Shown: positions 21,997 to 34,088 of the stretch, piece by piece | Layout: the number at the start of each line of letters is the position of its first letter | How positions within the stretch are numbered: position 1 is the stretch's first letter | Assembly: GCA_026026165.1 (NCBI GenBank) | Contig: JAPEUD010000078.1 | Location: 62,001-107,332, forward strand | Reading direction: 5' to 3' | DNA length: 45,332 nucleotides | Source of the DNA: Sarea resinae | Lineage: Eukaryota | Position numbers and translations under genes: made by a program | The notes under the pieces: model-generated | What the model saw: only the letters and a program-made list of their open reading frames with translations | What the model was told of the DNA's origin: nothing | Database searches by the model: none

Positions 21997-24393
21997 ATGT
22001 TCATAAGTCCAGATCCAGTACGGATGGTGGTAGTCCCGCCAGCATTGGCCAGTGCTCTGCCTCTTTTCGATGCCCGCAAAGCATTAAAACCGCCGAAAAG
22101 GAAAGATCAGTCGAAGAGTCAAGATCCTGGCCCCGACGCTGGAGCTCTTCGCTCCGACAATGTTCAGTTCGCGAGTCCTGTGCCAAAGACACTTCTTTTG
22201 CCTCTGACACCACCTTCAAATCAAGAGTCGGCTGAAACCGTGCTTACTCCGGACCCTCTGGGCACCCCACTATTGGGCACCCCACTAAACCAGCGAAGCC
22301 CGCCGACACCAGATACTACACCTCCACGGAAAGCGATGAAGCGGCCAAAACTGCAGACCCCCTCGACGCGATATCCCTCATCTCGAGCGGACTCATTCAG
22401 GACAGCGAGAGAAAACCAAGGATCTTCGGATGAAGAAGGACAAAAAAGGTTGGACCAGATCCGGCCTGGACGAGTAAATGGTCTAGGGCTCGGAACGGAA
22501 GATGAAAAGGAGTTTGTCACGTTTGATGGGGCGTGGAGTCCGACCAGTCAGGAATGCACCCCATCGTCGATGAGGAATGTCACTTTACGAAAGACATCCC
22601 CCAGGGCCACCGATACGTGTCCAGCACCCGACTTGGAAAGGCCAACGTTACGGGAGAGGGTCGAAAGAAACAAGCACACTCCAACGAGCGTGTCGATAGA
22701 GAAGTTTGCCGAAGACATCGAATGGCCTTCGGCCGTAGATGACATTCTGCGCGACTCGCAGATGGATGAAAAGAGACTCTCGGGTTTATCATCGACATCG
22801 ACAATTATAGAAGCAGTCGTCATAGACAGTCCGCCTCAACGAAAGAGGACTCTCCGCCATTCTGGAAGGAACCTTGCGCTTCGAGAATCAGCCTCACCAC
22901 TCCGCAGCACCTCGGGCCACAGACTCTTGCACAAAACTTCTAGGATTCCTGATCGCTCGGCTAGAAACAGCTCCGCTTCCGAGCAGTCATCAAGCGTGAC
23001 GTCGAGTGCGGGAAGGCCAAAGGTGGAGAGCATTCCCGTGGTCGTGATCCCCCAGCGTCGGTCTTCATTGAAGTCTTCGGATTCAAGTGGGCAGCATTCA
23101 AGGTCGCTCTCGTTGAACTCTGCTCGTGGGAGACCGACGACCGCACCGGAGGAGAGCCAAGGCTATTTTGATTTGCCACGACGTAGATCTAGAACGCTAT
23201 CTGATTCCGTGACGAATGGAAAGCCAATCATCCCGGCGCGAAGCTCTTCTTTGTCGGCGCCAACAAGCAGGGATGCGTCGAGGACTACGTCGCTCAAGTC
23301 TGTCCGTCGCCCAGAGCCTCTAAATCTAGAGCTTGTGCCTCATCAATCTGTACAGCAGTCCCAAAGCGCACAGAAGCAGGATCGCCCGGCGGCTGAACGC
23401 CAAATGTCATCTTCTAAGTTCTTGGCGGCATTGCTCTCGCCATTCTCTCAGCCATCCGTGACATCGTCTCCAGAAGCACTAGAAGTCAGTGAAGCCAAGG
23501 CTGTCAGCATTTTCCCCCATAATAACGATTCTCTGCTCGTGATACAGCACCAGGCGAGACCAGTGTCCAAGGACGAGAACCTCCCAAATCCTTCAATAAC
23601 CATGGGCGAACCTAGGACCCCTCCAACGAGGACAGATCCTTCAGCCCTCGTCGAGTCTCCCCTGAAAAACCCTCGCAAACCACCTCAACCACCAGCTTTC
23701 AAGATCATCCCCCCAACACCTGCAGTTCTGACTCCTGCTGAGGAATCGGACAAGCAACTCGGTGCAATCAGCACAATTCAGAGATTACCTACTGAGGCTG
23801 TCAAATTCGTTCGTCCGGTAATGAGACGCGCTCTCAGCACTCGCGGCTATTCTGACGAAATTCTCTCTCCTTTTGCCAAATATCAAACGTATCACCCGAA
23901 CCGAAAGATACCAAAGAAGGAAGAGGACGAGAATAAGCTCCATCCTTTCTGGCGGCCACGAGGCTTCTGGGATGATCTCGAGACTCCTGACGACGAGTAC
24001 GACAGCAACCTGGGCACCAGCTCTCGAAGGCGACGGATGCCCTTTAGCCTCCCCCACAAATCGTTCAGCCTCTCACGCAGGAAACCAGACTCCAGTCTTC
24101 CGCGATCTCCAAAGCGTAAGAGCATCAGTAGCCTACGAAGTGCCTCTAAACGCAAGAGTGACCGCAGCCTGCGAAGTGACGGCATTCGAAAATCTCGGCA
24201 TGGCATGATGGTCAAGGCTATCCCTATCCCGGCTTTGGGGGTCCAGATCGAATATATCGGCTTACAAGGCGTTCGAGACAAGCTCCTGGAAAAGAAGCAG
24301 AAGCGAATCGAGGAGAAGAGTGAGGAGCGAAGGGAGCAACTGAAGAAAAAGATTGGTACGACCATCTACGCGCCAGACGCTAGAGTGGCCTGA
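21997..24393 (+). CDS. Uncharacterised S/P/R-rich, largely disordered protein (798 aa)
   Basis: Long intronless ORF with short conserved-looking islands (SRADSFRTARE, EVSEAKAVSIFPHNNDSLL, KNPRKPPQPP, NKLHPFWRPRGFWDD) and a C-terminal coiled coil. Confidence 0.75.
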   Translation: MFISPDPVRMVVVPPALASALPLFDARKALKPPKRKDQSKSQDPGPDAGALRSDNVQFASPVPKTLLLPLTPPSNQESAETVLTPDPLGTPLLGTPLNQRSPPTPDTTPPRKAMKRPKLQTPSTRYPSSRADSFRTARENQGSSDEEGQKRLDQIRPGRVNGLGLGTEDEKEFVTFDGAWSPTSQECTPSSMRNVTLRKTSPRATDTCPAPDLERPTLRERVERNKHTPTSVSIEKFAEDIEWPSAVDDILRDSQMDEKRLSGLSSTSTIIEAVVIDSPPQRKRTLRHSGRNLALRESASPLRSTSGHRLLHKTSRIPDRSARNSSASEQSSSVTSSAGRPKVESIPVVVIPQRRSSLKSSDSSGQHSRSLSLNSARGRPTTAPEESQGYFDLPRRRSRTLSDSVTNGKPIIPARSSSLSAPTSRDASRTTSLKSVRRPEPLNLELVPHQSVQQSQSAQKQDRPAAERQMSSSKFLAALLSPFSQPSVTSSPEALEVSEAKAVSIFPHNNDSLLVIQHQARPVSKDENLPNPSITMGEPRTPPTRTDPSALVESPLKNPRKPPQPPAFKIIPPTPAVLTPAEESDKQLGAISTIQRLPTEAVKFVRPVMRRALSTRGYSDEILSPFAKYQTYHPNRKIPKKEEDENKLHPFWRPRGFWDDLETPDDEYDSNLGTSSRRRRMPFSLPHKSFSLSRRKPDSSLPRSPKRKSISSLRSASKRKSDRSLRSDGIRKSRHGMMVKAIPIPALGVQIEYIGLQGVRDKLLEKKQKRIEEKSEERREQLKKKIGTTIYAPDARVA

Positions 24394-25079
24394 GCATGTT
24401 CGACCGAGCAGTGCTACGATCATGCTATATGGCATCTGGTTGCGACCAGACCACCACGTGGATGAAGCGATGACCTAATGACCGAAAACTCCCTTCTTCA
24501 CGGCATGATAACGACATTGACGACGAAAATCGTGGCGAGGCGACGAACGTGATGACCAGGAGTATGTGCGGAGAATGGGTTTGGGGGATTCTGGAGTCTC
24601 ATTTGCATCTTGACGATTCTGCTGTTTGTGTTGTTGCTCGAGCGAGTCTGCTTAGCGTTGGCCTTGGTCTTGCTGAGAGCACTTGAATTGTTTTGCATCC
24701 ATATCGACATGATTGAATTCCTAGACGGTTGTTCTCTATGCGCCCTTGACGTACTACAGTAGAATACCTTACCTCGCTGGATGGAATGGCCAGGTGGTTT
24801 AGCCCGTCGAGCTATCTCTCAGGTACGTTAGGCAGCTTAGTAATCATCACCCGATGCCCGTCCCGCGCCTCTTCCCGCCTCTGACCATTCACGTCGACTC
24901 CACTGGACACACACGAAAGGTACCGTACCTCCCCCGTCCGCCCAGTCCGTCCCCAATCACCCGAAGAAGCACCACCAACTCCAGCTTCATCAAAAACTCC
25001 AATCCTCATCACCATCACCACCACCTCCCACCACCACCAGCCCCATCTCCACTCCATCCCGCCCAATTGAACCGCAGCC

Positions 25080-26295
25080 ATGTTTCTCCAACGCTCCGCC
25101 TTTGCGGCCCGCCGCATCGCCGTCAGCCCGGTCGTCAAGCGCTCTTTCGCCTCGTCCATTGTCCGCCGTAAGTCCCTTCGCGCTTCTGGCCTCCGTCTTC
25201 CCGGCTTAGCCCGCGAGCCGCAGCGAAAGCCTCAACGCCTCCGCAAAAGAGAACCTGGTTAACTAATTGATGTTGCTTTCCGTTACAGTAAACGCCGGGA
25301 AGTCGGATCCTCTGCCTGGCGAGACTGACAAGAAGATCAAGCCGTTCAATGGTACGCCCGAGATCGCCCCTCGCATCGAAAGAGAGGAACAGAACATGGC
25401 GAAGAGAACCAAAACGGAATGAGGCTATGGGATCTTGATGAGCTGATATGTGATGTGCTGTGCAGAGATCAAGACGGAAGCCGACCTCCTCCCCCCGGGC
25501 GCCGCCGTCGGTACCATCCCCACCGACCTGGACCAATCGACCGGTCTTGAGCGTCTCGAGATTCTGGGAAAGATGGAGGGCGTGGACATCTTCGACATGA
25601 AGCCGCTTGATGCCAGCCGTCGGGGTATGTCTTTCATCTTCCTCGCCCCCCTCGGACAACAGGGCTCCAAGATAGAGGGGATGTGAAATACTGATTTGGT
25701 GGCGGATGAACAGGAACGCTCGAGGACCCCATCCTCGTCAAGTCCGCCGGTGCCGAGCAGTACGCCGGTTGCACCGGTTCTCCTGCCGACTCTCATGTCG
25801 TCTGGTGGTTGACGGTACGTTCTTGTTTTTTCTTCTGGTCCTTGACCACATGGCATACATCGATGATCTCCCTACTCTCTTTCTCCCGCACCAATCAATA
25901 CCTTTCACACGTACCTTGCTTCGTCGACCGACAAAGATGGCTAATCCATACCGTGCGCGAAACAGATGTCCCGCGAACGCCCCATCGAGCGCTGCCCCGA
26001 GTGCGGCAGCGTCTACAAGATGGAGTATGTCGGCCCGGCTGAGGACCCGCATGCTCATGACCACGGTGCCCGTAAGTCTGACATCCACAACCCCATCTTC
26101 TCAACCTCTATCTCTTTGCACTTTCCAAGCACCCACCTGCCCGTCTGCCCCCCATATACCTCTTCATTCCCCCTCTAGATTGCATGTAAGATACTCATGG
26201 ACAATTACGAAACAGACGCCGATCATGACGGCGCCCACAACTACGAGGGCGAGCCAAAGACGTTCGCCGATTTCGTCCGTCCCGAGTACAGATAG
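25080..26295 (+). CDS. cox4: Cytochrome c oxidase subunit IV (fungal Cox4, COX5B family)
   Basis: Exons 25080-25167, 25289-25351, 25466-25624, 25714-25814, 25966-26071, 26216-26295. Mitochondrial presequence, PTDLDQSTGLERLEILGKMEG, and Zn ligands GCTG...H...RCPECG. Confidence 0.96.
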
Positions 26296-26916
26296 ACATC
26301 CTCCATCCATTAGGAAAAGACGGGACATCTCATCACTACACCAAGGACGGAGTGGAGTGGGAGTGGAGTGGAAGGGCGTGGGGGTGTTGTAGTAGAGCTT
26401 CCAGATATATGGATGTTATGGTTGTTAGTGGACCGTGTAGAATACTCAAGTCAAGCAAGCAAATCAGCAAAGAAATGAGAGGAAGAGGTGTGTATATATC
26501 AGAGGAATCTTTGATTTGCTTCGCCCTTGCCTGCACTGGACTCTTGCGCTCCAATTTTGCCACTAGTGACGAAACAGATGCTCGATTATTGCTTCTATGT
26601 ATGCATTGTGATTCATCCAATTCATCTTCTATCGGGCTGCCTGGTGGTGGAAAGTCGAGTAGATCCGGTGTATAGATCCATCCATGATCTGGTGTCTATT
26701 TGCTAGCCCGGAGGTATAGTTCACCCGGGCTTCGTCATTTGGCGATCGCGACCTCGATTCTCACGAAAATATTCCACAGCAAACAACACGCACCAACAAA
26801 GCCAAAGACCACCTCCCAGTCCTCAGACAAATTGCTCTTTCCTCTACGACAAGACTTCTGGTTCAAGCACCCCTCGAATTTCGTCACGCAACGGGAAACC
26901 CTCCGCTGCCAGAACC

Positions 26917-27865
26917 ATGCCCCTCGACACATCCACCTACTCGCTCGCGCTCCTGCGCCTCGACGGGCGCCGCTGGAACGAGCTGCGTCGCATCAACGCG
27001 CAGATCTCGACGCAGGCCGCTGCGGACGGCAGCTCATATCTCGAGATGGGCAACACGAAGGTCATCTGTACGGTCTCCGGGCCGAGTGAGGGACGCAAGG
27101 GTGCCACTGCTGGGGGCGCCGGCGGCTCAACGAGTGGGGATGCGGTTGTCGAGGTCGAGCTCAGCGTTGCAGGTTTTGCGGGCGTAGAAAGGAAGAGGGC
27201 GGGGAGAGGTGATAAGTGAGTTTGCCCTTTTTTCCCATCTGGTTTTATAGATGGGAGAGTGGATGCTGGTAATCCTTACTGCTACTTACTGCTACTTTCA
27301 CCACCATTGCTTCACTTTTTTTCCCCTTCAGCTTTGAAGAATTGAAGGTCTAACAAGGCACGAATCAACACGCAGACGCATCTCAGAAATGCAAACGACG
27401 ATCGCCTCCGCCTTTACCCAGACGCTCTTCACGCACCTCTACCCCCACAGCACCATCTCGCTCTCCTTGCACGTACTCTCGTCCGACGGCTCGCTCCTCG
27501 CAGCCTGCCTGAATGCATGCACGCTCGCGCTCGTCGACGCGGGGATCCCCATGTCCGACTACATTGTCGCATGCACAGCGGGATCGACGTCCTCTTCTTC
27601 ATCATCCACCGCCACTACCGACGAGGGAACGCCAGACCCGCTCCTCGATCTCAACCTCGTCGAGGAAGGCGAGCTGCCGTTCCTGACGGTCGCGACTGTG
27701 GGCGCGGGCGAGAAGGTCGTCGTCTGCGTGCTCGAGACGCGCGTGCTGCTGTCGAGCGTCGAGGGCATGTTGGCCGTCGGTGTCGACGGCTGTAAGCAGG
27801 TGCGCGAGATTCTGGACGGTGTTGTTCGGCGGGCGGGCAGACGGGCGCTGGGAAGGGGAGAGTAA
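26917..27865 (+). CDS. rrp41: RNA exosome RNase PH-type subunit Rrp41/Ski6
   Basis: Motifs LRLDGRRWNELR, ADGSSYLEMGNTKVICTVSGP and DGSLLAACLNACTLALVDAGIPM. Exons 26917-27215 and 27376-27865 (GTGAGT..CTAAC..CAG). Confidence 0.94.
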
Positions 27866-28299
27866 CAGGGTCAGGGGCTGGCATGAGTCGGTCTCTACGT
27901 GCCGTAGGGAGCGAGCCAGCTACGTCTCTGGCTTGCGTGGTGGATTGAGATGATCGGGTCGTCAAACCTGCTTTGGTCGGTCGACGAGGAGGCAATGAAC
28001 CCGAACTCTCCTTTTCCGACTGGATTGGACTGGGTCTCCGCCAGACCCTCACAATCTCGTACACGATATCTTTCACCGGGTCTTCGCCGCTGTCGTGCAC
28101 TACATGCGCGTCCTATACATCTACCTGTCTATCCATCCAATTACATCCTCAGCCGTATCCTCCTCCTCATCCCCTTCCTTATCCTCGAACTCATCCTCGA
28201 CCTGATCCTCGACCTCGTCCTCACCCACCTACTCAGGCGCAATTAGTCAGAACTCTCCTCTTTTAAGTGGCCTGGCCTGGCTTAGGAGGCCGGCGGGCG

Positions 28300-28500
28300 G
28301 GGGTAGGTGGAAAGAGAGATAGGAAGGAGAAGACGGAGAAGAAGAAGAAGTAGATGGAGGAGATGGAGGAGAAGAAGAAGAAAAGGAAGAAGAACAAGAA
28401 GAGGGGCAGATAGAAGAGAGAGTAGAAGATAGAATGGGAGTAAGAAGAGAAAATACAAGGGGAAATAGAAGAGAGAGTTAGAAGAGAAAATAGAAGATGG
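28300..28500. repeat. Purine-rich low-complexity tract (GAA/GAGA)
   Basis: About 200 nt of almost pure A/G on the + strand, preceded by a CT-rich tract at ~28130-28230. Confidence 0.8.
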
Positions 28501-28600
28501 TACCTTAGCTACCTACCTGAGGTAGCTCGAAGTTGCAGAACGCGTCTAGTCCGACCGATTCGCACTTCTTTTCGTCGAAAACAACGGTTCTCATTCCAAC

Positions 28601-30082
28601 ATGAAGTGGTCTTGTGCGCTTCAGCCATGTGATCTGCCGGCTCTGAGGCCGCTCCATGGACAATGCGAACTGTGCCACCGACATTTCTGCTCCAAACATG
28701 TAGTGTCAGCGCTGCATACCTGTCCTACAACCGAGGTCTGAATGGGCGAAAACAAGACGTGAACAAGGCCCGAATATCTGACACGGGCTACAGGATATCG
28801 AGGCGATATACACATCAGGTGACGCAGCTGCGCTCCGAGATCTCAACTCGTTGCGACGAACGGCGGGCGAAAAAGTAATCTCCAGCTTGTTAAAGACTAT
28901 CAATTCCGACGCCCTTGGCGCGCGTGCGGAGACGTTACGTGATGGGATCAAATGCACCGTCTATCTCCCCTCCGCCGATCAAGCGTACTTCAACTCGGAC
29001 GTCCTTGGCGGGTGCAACTACCATGGCTCGCTCGTGTTCGAAGACGGCAAGACTTGGTTGGCGCGGTTCAGACTCCCGAATCACAACGAGCCGCCATTGC
29101 AGGAGCGGAACTCTGATCGACGCAGCGAGTTTGCGACTTATTGCTTCCTGGCCAGAACGGCTGTTCCAGTCCCGGAGGTGTACGACTGCGCCGACGACGA
29201 CGATCCACTGAATCTCGTTGGCGCGGGGTACATTCTGCTGGAAAAGCTAGCGGGGAAGCCCTTGATCTGGCACGAAGCAAGCAGAAAGAGAACTTCTCCC
29301 GTCAGTTGGCCGACATCTTCGCGGACCTGGAACAGCATCCCCTTAACGGGCTCGGACGTCTCCAGCTCTCGTCCACGGGGGGGCTCCCAGAAGCCGGCCC
29401 CGCCTTTTTCGACTACGACTCCTCGAGCGGGAACGTGATCCCATTCGGCCCCTTCAGCCACTCCAACGCCTACTACACGGCCCTGATCCAGCAGAAGATC
29501 CAGCTGCTCAGAACAGGGGAGATGGGATCCTCGGCGCCGCTGGATCTCTACCTGGTCTACAAGAGTCTGCTCGACGCCCTGCCGCCGAACGAACCGGGCC
29601 CCTTTTTCCTCCGTCACGTGGATTCCCGCGACGCGAATTTCCTCGTCGATGGCGATTACACCATCACCGGCATCATCGACTGGGAGCTAGCCATCTCCAC
29701 GTCCAAGAGCTCGGCCTTCCAGTCGCCGCTCCTGCTCTACGATCTGGGCGACCTATACCACCAAGCTCTCTCCACGCCCAGCGAAGACGAAAAGCGCCTT
29801 TCTAGCATCCTGCGCGAGGAGAAGGGCGCGGTGGAGCTTTCGGCGTTGGCGGCGCACAAGCTGCATTTCCGAGTCGAGCAGGTCATCGAGACGGATCCGT
29901 GGGATCGGCACACTCTCGTGAGTCTTTTCGGCGGGTGGTGGAAAGTCGCCCGTGGGGTGGAGACGTTTGAGTGGGAGACGTGGTATCAGTGGGCTCGGGA
30001 TAGGTATGGTGATGGGGGCTTTGCAGCATCAATATCTCAAGGCCAAGCACGGCAGGACGGGCAGCGTCTGAGTGACGGTTAG
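28601..30082 (+). pseudogene. AN1-like Zn finger + APH/choline-kinase-like phosphotransferase, frameshifted at ~29280
   Basis: Exon 1 (28601-28735) encodes C-x4-C...CELC.RHFCSKH..H.C; intron 28736-28793. Kinase N-lobe GGCNYH..WLARFR..SEFATY lies in one frame; HVDSRDANFLVD..ITGIIDWE lies in another. The junction TGG CAC GAA GCA AG CAG AAA GAG has no intron signals. Confidence 0.75.
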
Positions 30083-31105
30083 CAAGAAGAAGGCCCTTGG
30101 CCACACCTAGGATCTGAGTAGCTGTTTAACAAGACCATTGCATCCATCCCGAAGGTTGAAAACCCCTACCCTGTATTACCCCATACTAGATGATCTATAG
30201 TCTCTACAGCGTAGTATCCTTCCCTCTCCTTTTCTTTCCTTTCCTTTTATTTTTCTTTCCCTATAGCAAAATAGTATCGAATAGAATAGAATAGAAGAGC
30301 ATATAATCAAAAAGCCGAAAAGAAACCCATCTACGGTGAGGAGCGCTGCGTGCTATATAGTCGTCAAATAGGCACAGGCCTAGCGCAAGCCAGGTGTCTA
30401 GTAGTCTGTCTAGATGGCTTATATATATAGAAACAGGTCTGCCCTATTGACTGTACCTTACACTAGCATCTTCAAAAACGCTTCAAGATCTTCCTCGACT
30501 CTGAAAAGCGAAGACATTTTTCTTTTTCCGTTCTAGATGGCAGAAACAAAGAAAAACGAAAATAGAATGAATGAGTTTGATTTATTTGGTATATATATGT
30601 CTGTATATATAATTGTAAGTTGGGGGAGTTAGAAGGGTGTGTGAGTCGAGTGGGTAAGAACTAGGGTATATTGATAGAGAGTGAAAACAGAGCTAGAATA
30701 ACCACTTACCCAACCATTCAACCAACCAACCGATAACAGACGAAAAGGAAACGAGATGAAATGATATGAAATAGAATGAAATACCTTGCTCCCCCCCCAT
30801 AAAAAGCCCCGCCGTCCCGTATACACAGGCATGGAAGATAAAAGAGATGAAAGGAAATGATCGGATGCAAGCAGCCAGATTACGCCGTTCCCATGCCCCC
30901 CGTAGCCATGCCCCGTAGCCAAGTCCATGTCCAGGCTATCCAATACCGTGACACCTGAAACACCGAAATTATAAACACTAAACACCGGGAACACCATGCA
31001 TAGTCCAGCCCAATACCGTGTCGTGTCGTGTCGTATTCGTATTGTGTCGTGCTATTCTATCCGCCTCTTGTCCAGCTGTGACAGTTCATCTGCGTCAACA
31101 CCGAC

Positions 31106-31505
31106 TCATACGCGCAGCCGGAATTTCGCGGACCGAGCGCGGAAACGGTGGAGAGAGCCGTGGGTGGCGTTGTACGAGGCCGGGAGGGGAGAAGCCTGTG
31201 TTTGTGTTTGTGCTGGGGATGGAGATGACAGTGACAATGACAATGACGATGACGATAGCGTCGAGAGCGACGGTTGGTAGATTGAAGTTGCGAGCGTGGA
31301 GGCGATTGATGTTGCTGATAATGGCGTGGTAGGGGAAGATGCAGCCAAGGAGACAATGGGGGTGGAAAGAATGGGCGATGGAGATGAGACTGCAACGGCG
31401 GCAGCAGCAGGGGAAGTGGTGAGTGACGAGGCTGAAGACGATACCAGAGACGAAGATGGATATATTGTGATGAGTGAGGTCACGACTATCGCGCCACTAG
31501 GCAGA

Positions 31506-31537
<32 letters not shown>

Positions 31538-32665
31538 TGGGGTGGCGGACATGACGGAGGGCGTAATGGTAGAGACCGGATCGGAGGATGCGGGCGAGTT
31601 GGCGCTCTCAGCAGCTGGGCTAGAGACAGGCGTCGAAGATGGCGAAGAAGCCGCCCCCGTAGACGATGCCCCTGAAGTAGCGGCACCACCAACGGCCGTG
31701 TTTCCATAGTACGGCACTGACGTCGGCTCCACGATTGGCGTTGACACGGTATACATCGGGATGCTGCTCTGGCTCTCTGGAACATTCGACGCCTGCATCA
31801 GATACGGCACGGCCGCCGATACGAGATCCTGTTCGCTCGCATACTCCTCCGTGTCGACACCGCCCTCGACTTTCGAAGCACCCTGGACCTGTGATGTGGC
31901 AAGCACATCAATGTCCATGCAGCTGGTGTAGATCTCGGCCTTGTTGATGCTCATCCATGGCCAGTCCCAGACCCAGTACAAAGTGTATGCGTGGTCGCCC
32001 GTGGGCATATCCGACGGGAGCACGATGTCGTTCTGGCACCAGAGCTCGGTCGCGGACATGTATTCGTCTGCGGAATGCGGAAACTGCTGTTGGCGTTGCT
32101 TGGCGATGCCCATGCCGTTGGTCTGGTAGCAGCGGCCGTCGTCGAAGTTTTGGATTGCGAGAAGTCTGCCTTTTCCGTCGCCGCCGGTGCCGTTGGCGTT
32201 CCAGCCGTTGGCCCCGTGAATCGGCTGCAGCATCTGGTTGGTCTGAGGTTGGCTTGTTCCGTAAATGTAGACGGTGCCGCGGTTGAGGGGCTTGCCAGGT
32301 TGATTCCACGGCAGGGAAACGTGCCCGTTTTCCTGGTAGCGGAGAGCGATGCGGTCGCCCGAGGCGGCTTGCAGACGAGGATTTCCGTCTGTCTGATTGA
32401 AGGGCTGCTGGTTGGGACGACACATAGGGTCCGTGGGGCCCATCTGAGTGTTCTCGCCGTTGGCGAGGTTGACCATGGCAGTGTCACCGTTTTGATTAAA
32501 GGCCGCCGGGTCGGTGAGGCGGTTGATATAGCCACGAATGAAGCCAGGCTGACCGACGAAGGAGCCGTTGGCCGCAATGACATTCAGCTGGTCAATCCAC
32601 GAGTGTCCTTTTACTTGGCATGAAAGAAGTAGAGCCACCAGGGCGATGAGAAGAAAGTTAAACAT
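31106..32665 (-). CDS. Secreted protein with N-terminal His after the signal peptide (LPMO-like, probably DUF7492-type domain) and long S/T/P-rich tail
   Basis: Signal peptide MFNFLLIALVALLLSCQVKG|HSWIDQL. Motifs YQENGHV, NFDDGRC, YTLYWVWDWP and EIYTSCMDIDV. (TP)n repeat and S/T-rich linker. Confidence 0.8.
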
Positions 32666-34088
32666 GATTACTATGTCCTCGACCAGCGAGAGAAAAGACG
32701 TCGAATCGAAGATGCAAAGATAGTGAAAGGCGAGAGAAAGGCAATGTCAAGAGAAAGTATTTGACCAGCAAGAAGCAAAAGTAACGAGAGAATAAGTAGG
32801 AAGAGACTGGCAAGCAAGTTCACCCGGTGAACAGCTATCAGCGAACGAGGTGACAGTCACGTCAACAGCTCGTGAATAGACGGCTCATGTTGATATATAT
32901 TGTTTTCACAACAATAGACCCCGCACACAATCCTATTGTGTCCGAAACAAAGTAAAGGTTCATCAAAAGAACGAAACGCACAATCAGACAGCGATGAGAA
33001 GAGAGCAAACATCGGAATCGACACCAGGAGCGTTTGTGCGGGTGAGAGCCATCCGCGGCCAATCATACAGGCGACCATCTTCGACTTCAGAACGGGTCAG
33101 ATTCACCGCGACTAAAGATATACCTGAAGCATCTCACAGGGCTAGATCTCCGTCGAACGTCGGAAGATTGGTGGTGACCTCTTCTAATTTCTTGTCATTG
33201 GCGGCTGGAAGCTTGACTTGATACAGAGCACCAGATCGCAATGTTTCGGCCATGTGAAACGAGCTCTCCGGCCCCGGACCTGACAGGCGCCAACCACATG
33301 GCGCCAGAGAATGAACAGGCCAGGCAAGATCATTAAACAATCCGATTATCAGACCAAATTGCAGATAATAGAGAAGCAGAATATGATCGTGAAGGGAATG
33401 AGTCACGCATGGGAAAGCGATGCCTTGCATAGCAAAAGAGAAGAGTCGCGCAGTTGCGCAACGTTGTTCAAATCGCTTTGGATGCACATAGATCTTCCCT
33501 CCCCAGCCTCATGACACCGATGAAGCTCGATTTGAGGGATGCGTGAGAATCGGACGCAATTCTTGCTTCAACATGAGATGATGGTTTGGGGAAGAAGAGG
33601 GGAGTTGAGGCGGATGTCTCGCTGCCCCGACTGCGTGGCTGCAGTGTAATATCATTGGCCCGTAAGCCACAATCAGATTCGAGTTGCGAAACAACAGAGA
33701 CGTGTTTCAGCTCTTACTTGATCTTGCTATTTACGAACATTTGTGCCATCTATGTCTGCTCTATTCTTCTTTGATATCAGCGACTCCATATGCCGAAGGG
33801 GTATCTGTTATTCCGGATTAATGCCTAAGAGACGCGCCGACTACGAAGGACCATCAGGCCCTGAGGCTCATCTGGAACGCTCCAGATCGGGGAGATCCTC
33901 CAGCTTGCCCTATAGCAACGAAGATGTCTCGATGAGTCAAAGGGAATCCTACCATGATCGAAAACCTCGAAGAGTGTGGGGACTACGGACCCACCAGTGA
34001 TCCAACGGCAAGCCTCCCCATCGAAGGACCATGGCATATGTGAGGTTTCCTTCGGAGCAACGCTTGCAGTTCATTTGCGGCCTGATTC

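Noticed and set aside
28500..30130. Transposon boundaries around the APH-like gene
   Set aside because: No terminal inverted repeats, LTRs, target-site duplication or transposase motifs are visible.
33765..33945. Multi-hairpin segment with loose RNase MRP-like motifs on the minus strand (GGATCTCC/GGAGTC, ACAGATA)
   Set aside because: P4 deviates from consensus, there is no GARAR loop, and the closing stem pairs better on the opposite strand. It is probably UTR sequence, though an Rfam scan is cheap.
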